Source: Deltaproteobacteria bacterium (GTDB taxonomy: Bacteria > Desulfobacterota > Desulfobacteria > Desulfobacterales > JAFDFH01). From it: DNA of 38,497 bases. The DNA is taken from contig JAFDFH010000051.1 in assembly GCA_019309945.1 (NCBI GenBank), positions 1-38,497 on the forward strand, written 5' to 3'. This document shows, one piece after another, positions 32,054-38,497 of the stretch (position 1 is its first letter; every line of letters starts with the position of its first letter). Both the position numbers and the translations under genes were made by a program. The notes under the pieces were generated by a model. That model saw only the letters and a list, made by a program, of their open reading frames with translations, was not told the DNA's origin and made no database searches.

Positions 32054-33968
32054 TCCTTTCTATGTAACAACGCCCATCTATTATGTAAACGCAAGACCTC
32101 ACCTGGGCCACGCATACACGACGATAATCGCTGATGTAGCACGCAGGTTTCGCTCCATGGAACAGGCCGAGACCTACTTTCTTACCGGTACCGACGAGCA
32201 CGGGGACAAGGTCGTACGTGCTGCTAAAAAAGAAAATTTGACTCCCAAAGCTTATGCCGACAAAATCAGCGGGCTTTTTAAAGATCTTTGGCCTGAGCTC
32301 AATATCCGGTACGACCAATTTATCCGGACGACCGATCCGGCTCATATGGCGGTGGTAAAACAGATTTTACAGAAAATTTATGATAAAGGCGATATTTATT
32401 TCAGCGAATACGAAGGCCTTTATTGTTTTGGGTGCGAACGCTTTTACACCCATCGCGAGCTGGTTGACGGTAAGTGCCCGGATCATGAAACCGAACCTGA
32501 AATCATCAAAGAATCCAATTACTTTTTTAAAATGAGCCGGCATCAGGGCTGGCTGATTGATCACATAAAAGCGAATCCTGATTTTATACGTCCTGAGCGT
32601 TACAAAAACGAAGTCCTGGCTTTTTTAAAGGAACCCCTGGAGGATCTGTGTATCTCCCGGCCCAAAACCCGCCTGAAGTGGGGAATCACGCTACCGTTTG
32701 ATAATAACTACGTTACCTATGTCTGGTTTGATGCACTTTTAAACTATATCTCAGCCCTGGGGTACCCGGATGGGGAGTTGTTTAAAAAGTTCTGGCCTTT
32801 TGCCCAGCACATCGTTGCCAAGGATATCCTAAAACCCCATGGCATCTACTGGCCGATCATGCTCAAGGCAGCCGAAATTCCTTTGTTTCAGCATCTAAAT
32901 GTTCATGGATACTGGAATGTTGAGCAAAGTAAAATGTCTAAGAGCCTTGGTAATGTCATCGACCCGCTTCAACTCAAAAATATTTATGGACTCGACGCCT
33001 ACCGGTTTTTTCTGTTACGCGATATGGTTTTTGGCCTTGATTCGAGCTTCAGCGAAACCTCGCTTGTCCAGCGCATCAATTCAGATTTGGCAAATGATCT
33101 GGGGAATCTGTTTTCCAGGATTCTTGCAATGGTCCATAAATATTTCAAAGGCATCGTCCCTGAATCTAATCCTGAAATTGAAGAAGAATTGCAACTCGGC
33201 CTGAAAACAAATGTGTCCAAGGCTATTGCTGAATTCGAGAGGGAGATGGAAACGTTTGCTTTTCACAAAGCCCTCATGGCTGTCTGGGAATTGATCAATC
33301 ATATGAATAAATATATTGATGTGATGGCCCCGTGGGAACTTGCCAAGAAAAAATCAAACAAAAAGCAGCTGGAAGCTGTGATCTACGATCTTCTGGAAGG
33401 ACTCAGAATCATATCCGGCCTTATCTACCCGGTAATGCCGGATACGGCCGCAACAATGCAAAAACACCTCGGGATGGATCCAGACGAGCCCTTTTATCAT
33501 TTTGACCGACTTAAAACCTGGAAAACCACGATGCCCGGCATGGTACTTCCAAAATCGACCACACTTTTCCCGAGAATCGACATGGACAAATTAAAAAAGC
33601 CCTCACCGGAAACAGATCATCCGCAAGCAGTCAATTCCGACATCAAACCATTCATCACCCTGGAAACATTGCGCAAGGTTGATCTCAGAGTGGGAACCGT
33701 GATTCGGGCGGAGGCGATTCCGAGAGCAAAAAAGCTTCTTAAACTTGAGGTCGATATTGGGGAAACACGAATAATCGTTGCCGGCATTGCTGAAAATTAT
33801 ACCCCGGAGGACCTGGTAGATAAACAGGTGATCGTTGTGGCAAATCTAAAACCTGTCAAATTAATGGGAATATTATCCAACGGCATGCTGCTTGCCGCGG
33901 TGGATGAAAATGGAAATACCATCGCCACCCTGGAGAAAAAAGTAACACCGGGAACTCCTCTCGAATAG
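32046..33968 (+). CDS. metG: Methionine--tRNA ligase with C-terminal tRNA-binding (EMAP-like) domain
   Basis: HLGH (PHLGHAYT), KMSKSLGN, Zn knuckles CFGCERF and CPDHE, and a C-terminal VDLRVGTV...VANLKP. Confidence 0.92.
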   Translation: MPDPFYVTTPIYYVNARPHLGHAYTTIIADVARRFRSMEQAETYFLTGTDEHGDKVVRAAKKENLTPKAYADKISGLFKDLWPELNIRYDQFIRTTDPAHMAVVKQILQKIYDKGDIYFSEYEGLYCFGCERFYTHRELVDGKCPDHETEPEIIKESNYFFKMSRHQGWLIDHIKANPDFIRPERYKNEVLAFLKEPLEDLCISRPKTRLKWGITLPFDNNYVTYVWFDALLNYISALGYPDGELFKKFWPFAQHIVAKDILKPHGIYWPIMLKAAEIPLFQHLNVHGYWNVEQSKMSKSLGNVIDPLQLKNIYGLDAYRFFLLRDMVFGLDSSFSETSLVQRINSDLANDLGNLFSRILAMVHKYFKGIVPESNPEIEEELQLGLKTNVSKAIAEFEREMETFAFHKALMAVWELINHMNKYIDVMAPWELAKKKSNKKQLEAVIYDLLEGLRIISGLIYPVMPDTAATMQKHLGMDPDEPFYHFDRLKTWKTTMPGMVLPKSTTLFPRIDMDKLKKPSPETDHPQAVNSDIKPFITLETLRKVDLRVGTVIRAEAIPRAKKLLKLEVDIGETRIIVAGIAENYTPEDLVDKQVIVVANLKPVKLMGILSNGMLLAAVDENGNTIATLEKKVTPGTPLE

Positions 33969-34107
33969 TTAGTGTCCGTCCAGAAACGAGGATTTTTGGT
34001 CGAGATCAAGGCCTGCGAAAAATTTTACCGCAGGCATATAGTTGATATTCCGAGGATAAAATTTTGAGCATAACGCAGAGATCGGGTAAAAAGACCGTTT
34101 CTGGATG
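33969..34107 (-). mobile_element. Family A element, copy A6 (right terminus eroded)
   Basis: TTAG-TGTCCGTCCAGAAACGAGGATTTTTGGTCGAGATCAAGG ... GACCGTTTCTGGATG. It starts at the base after the metG TAG stop. Confidence 0.8.
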
Positions 34108-34151
34108 ACCCCATCAACCATAAAAGACCGAGCTGGACTGACTATCAGGCC

Positions 34152-35513
34152 GTGCTGAAAAGGAATGCGGCCCAAAAAAGGATATTCAAAAACGCCCTGA
34201 AATACATCATCCTGCCTGTCATTTTACTTTTTGCGGTTTACGAATTAATCCAAGGGATAGGTGGGCTTGCTGCCGACCAGATGGAGGCAGCTAAAACCGT
34301 TTTATCAGAAGATAAAGCCGACACGTCCGATCATTCTGAACCGTTAATCTCAAAACGGGAGGTTCAATCTTTACTCGATAACAACGTTTTTATTAATCTT
34401 CAGGCTAACCATTTCGATTTTATTCACGATGGCCAAAACTTTCAGGTCGACACCTCCATTGATATTCCCCTGCAACAGTTTATATTAAAAAAGATGGATC
34501 GTGCCAATTCCCGACGTATTGGCGTTGTGGTATTGGAACCGCTGACAGGTAAGGTTTTGGCAATGGCGGGTTTTGATAAGACAAATCCATCCAATAACCC
34601 GTGTTTAGACAATCGCTTTCCCGCCGCAAGCATATTTAAAATTATAACCGCAGCGGCCGCTATCGAGAAGTGCGGTTTTGACCCCAATACAACGCTTAAG
34701 TTTAACGGGGGGAAATATACCCTATATAAATCTCAGCTTAGAGAAAGAACAAATAAATATACCGCCAGGATTACGCTTCAGGACTCATTCGCCCAGTCTG
34801 TTAACCCTGTGTTTGGAAAAATCGGTTCGCTCTATCTTAAAAAATCCGCTCTCCAGACATATGCTTCGGCTTTCGGTTTTAACCAGGATATTGATTTTGA
34901 GCTCCCCCTATCCCCCAGTTTTATCAAATTAACGGACGAGCCGTATCATTGGGCGGAAATTGCCAGTGGTTTCAACCGGGAAACCTTGTTGTCGCCCATG
35001 CACGGCGCACTCATCAGTTCCGCTATATTGAATTCAGGCAAACTGGTCGAACCGACCGTCGTTGATCAGGTTACGGATGCAAACGGTCAGGCGATTTACC
35101 AAAGCCGTTTGACCCCCATTCAGCAGGCCTGCAAAAAAAACACATCGATTGCCGTAAAAAAATTAATGAATGCATCGATTCGTTCCGGAACCTGCCGCAA
35201 AGCCTTCAGGGGTTACCGCAAAGATCCGGTTCTCTCCAGGTTGAATATTGGCGGTAAATCCGGTTCGATTTATAATAGATCGCATGATACGCGCTTTGAC
35301 TGGTTTGTCGGATTTGCCGAGGAAAAAGAAGGTTACGAAAAGATTGCCGTCTCCGTTGTCATTGCCCATGGGAAATATATCGGTAAACGCGCTACCCGAT
35401 ATGGGCGCATCCTGATAAAACAATACTTTGGCAATTATTTTGCGAATAAAAAGAGAACCATAAAAAAAGATTTTTTGATCGCTGGACACAAATTACCAAT
35501 AGTAAATCAGTAG
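34152..35513 (+). CDS. Membrane-anchored penicillin-binding transpeptidase (monofunctional, class B-like)
   Basis: N-terminal TM helix, SIFK (SxxK), SVN (SxN), KSG (KTG variant). The start is GTG. Confidence 0.7.
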   Translation: MLKRNAAQKRIFKNALKYIILPVILLFAVYELIQGIGGLAADQMEAAKTVLSEDKADTSDHSEPLISKREVQSLLDNNVFINLQANHFDFIHDGQNFQVDTSIDIPLQQFILKKMDRANSRRIGVVVLEPLTGKVLAMAGFDKTNPSNNPCLDNRFPAASIFKIITAAAAIEKCGFDPNTTLKFNGGKYTLYKSQLRERTNKYTARITLQDSFAQSVNPVFGKIGSLYLKKSALQTYASAFGFNQDIDFELPLSPSFIKLTDEPYHWAEIASGFNRETLLSPMHGALISSAILNSGKLVEPTVVDQVTDANGQAIYQSRLTPIQQACKKNTSIAVKKLMNASIRSGTCRKAFRGYRKDPVLSRLNIGGKSGSIYNRSHDTRFDWFVGFAEEKEGYEKIAVSVVIAHGKYIGKRATRYGRILIKQYFGNYFANKKRTIKKDFLIAGHKLPIVNQ

Positions 35514-35692
35514 TAACTACTCAGGTGGATAGGCTGAAGGCTGAAGACTGTTAGGAAAAAGCGCAATTTAAAGCCATGTTTGATGCAAGAATCAGATATT
35601 TCCGCCAAAGTACGGTAATCGTGCTTTTCTGACTCCTTCAGCCTTCAGTCTAAACAGCTTCAGCCTGACTACGTGAGTAGTTACAATCAGTA
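35505..35692. mobile_element. Family D foldback element (172 bp, 35513-35684) with perfect 8-bp target duplication
   Basis: GTAACTACTCAGGTGGATAGGCTGAAGGCTGAAG ... CTTCAGCCTTCAG..CTTCAGCCTGACTACGTGAGTAGTTAC. AATCAGTA is present at 35505-35512 and again at 35685-35692. Confidence 0.85.
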
Positions 35693-35713
35693 ATTATAAC
35701 AGGGAGATAGACG

Positions 35714-37985
<2,272 letters not shown>

Positions 37986-38497
37986 TTTCCATCTATCGGC
38001 CGTCATTTGCCCTTCACCACCGCGTTATTCCACCAATATATTCATTTTCCCAATATTCTCCCTCCCATCCGAATGCACTTGAAATTGGGCACAGCCGCCC
38101 AGTCTTATGTGCAATCTCATACTTTTTCGCCCCTTCATATCTCCCCTTTCTCGAATCGATTTATCAATACGAACTATTTTTTGATTACATTCTGATTTAT
38201 AGGGGGGCAGATGGTTTGAGAAAAATGATAATAAGAAGTTCTTTTTTTTCTTTATTTGTCGGTGAACGAAGATGATTTGACAATAGTAAAAAACCGAGAT
38301 CTATTTGACTTGACACACACCAATCATATATCTGTACTTCATGAATTTTTACAGCATCGTTGATAATGGCAAGAAACAGGTAATTTCTGAAGTGACAGGC
38401 AGGCCACAAGATATAGTATCCGCCTTATTTATTTCGATTGAGGAATATCGGTTGAATCTCACACTGTTTTATTGATATGAACCACTGAGCACTATGG

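Noticed and set aside
6304-34107. Possible CRISPR array, given the many recurring ~125-270-bp sequences
   Set aside because: The units are long, each is itself an inverted-repeat foldback, they are scattered tens of kb apart between genes in both orientations, and there is no short repeat/spacer periodicity. No cas genes are present.
38197-38409. 70-aa minus-strand ORF in the AT-rich right edge
   Set aside because: The composition is low-complexity and hydrophobic/Ile-Leu-rich, typical of AT-rich non-coding DNA. It has no RBS and no motif.

Overview
The window looks like chromosomal DNA from a Gram-negative anaerobe. The lineage is my inference from gene content (LptD and heptose/Kdo-type LPS genes, V4R proteins, ferredoxin, cobamide salvage) and points to Desulfobacterota, but no similarity search was possible. 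All family calls rest on motifs I could read in the translations. I support about 33 protein genes. Minus strand, left to right: a V4R-V4R-histidine kinase module (1-3178); a Rieske-like protein and a Rossmann/Cys-cluster protein; ogt; a LarA-like protein plus a 2x[4Fe-4S] ferredoxin; and the operon surE - yhaM-like - tmk - cysK::cysS-like fusion - 334-aa unknown. Plus strand: a COG0523 GTPase, cbiB, a CbiR-like TIM-barrel gene, PBP1A, an HTH/Zn-ribbon regulator, a TPR lipoprotein, an S41 peptidase, lptD, hddA, an SDR epimerase, gmhA, a NusG paralogue, ihfB, holB, a PSP1/RicT gene, metG, a PBP transpeptidase, and a DegT aminotransferase plus Fe-ADH pair. I found no rRNA, tRNA, CRISPR array, transposase, integrase or phage gene. 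The most unusual property is that almost every intergenic gap holds small non-coding foldback repeats. I group them as A (147 bp, flanked by CTAG/CTAA/TTAG), Av (same core, different termini), B (271 bp), C (255 bp), D (172 bp), E (GCCAC plus AAGGCAC-type sub-repeats) and F (125 bp). B, C and D all end in GTAAC...GTTAC and carry 8-bp target duplications. Many copies sit exactly on stop codons. The best protein-level candidate for novelty is a cysteine synthase fused to a CysRS-like body whose HIGH and KMSKS signatures are degenerate, with an uncharacterised gene immediately downstream.
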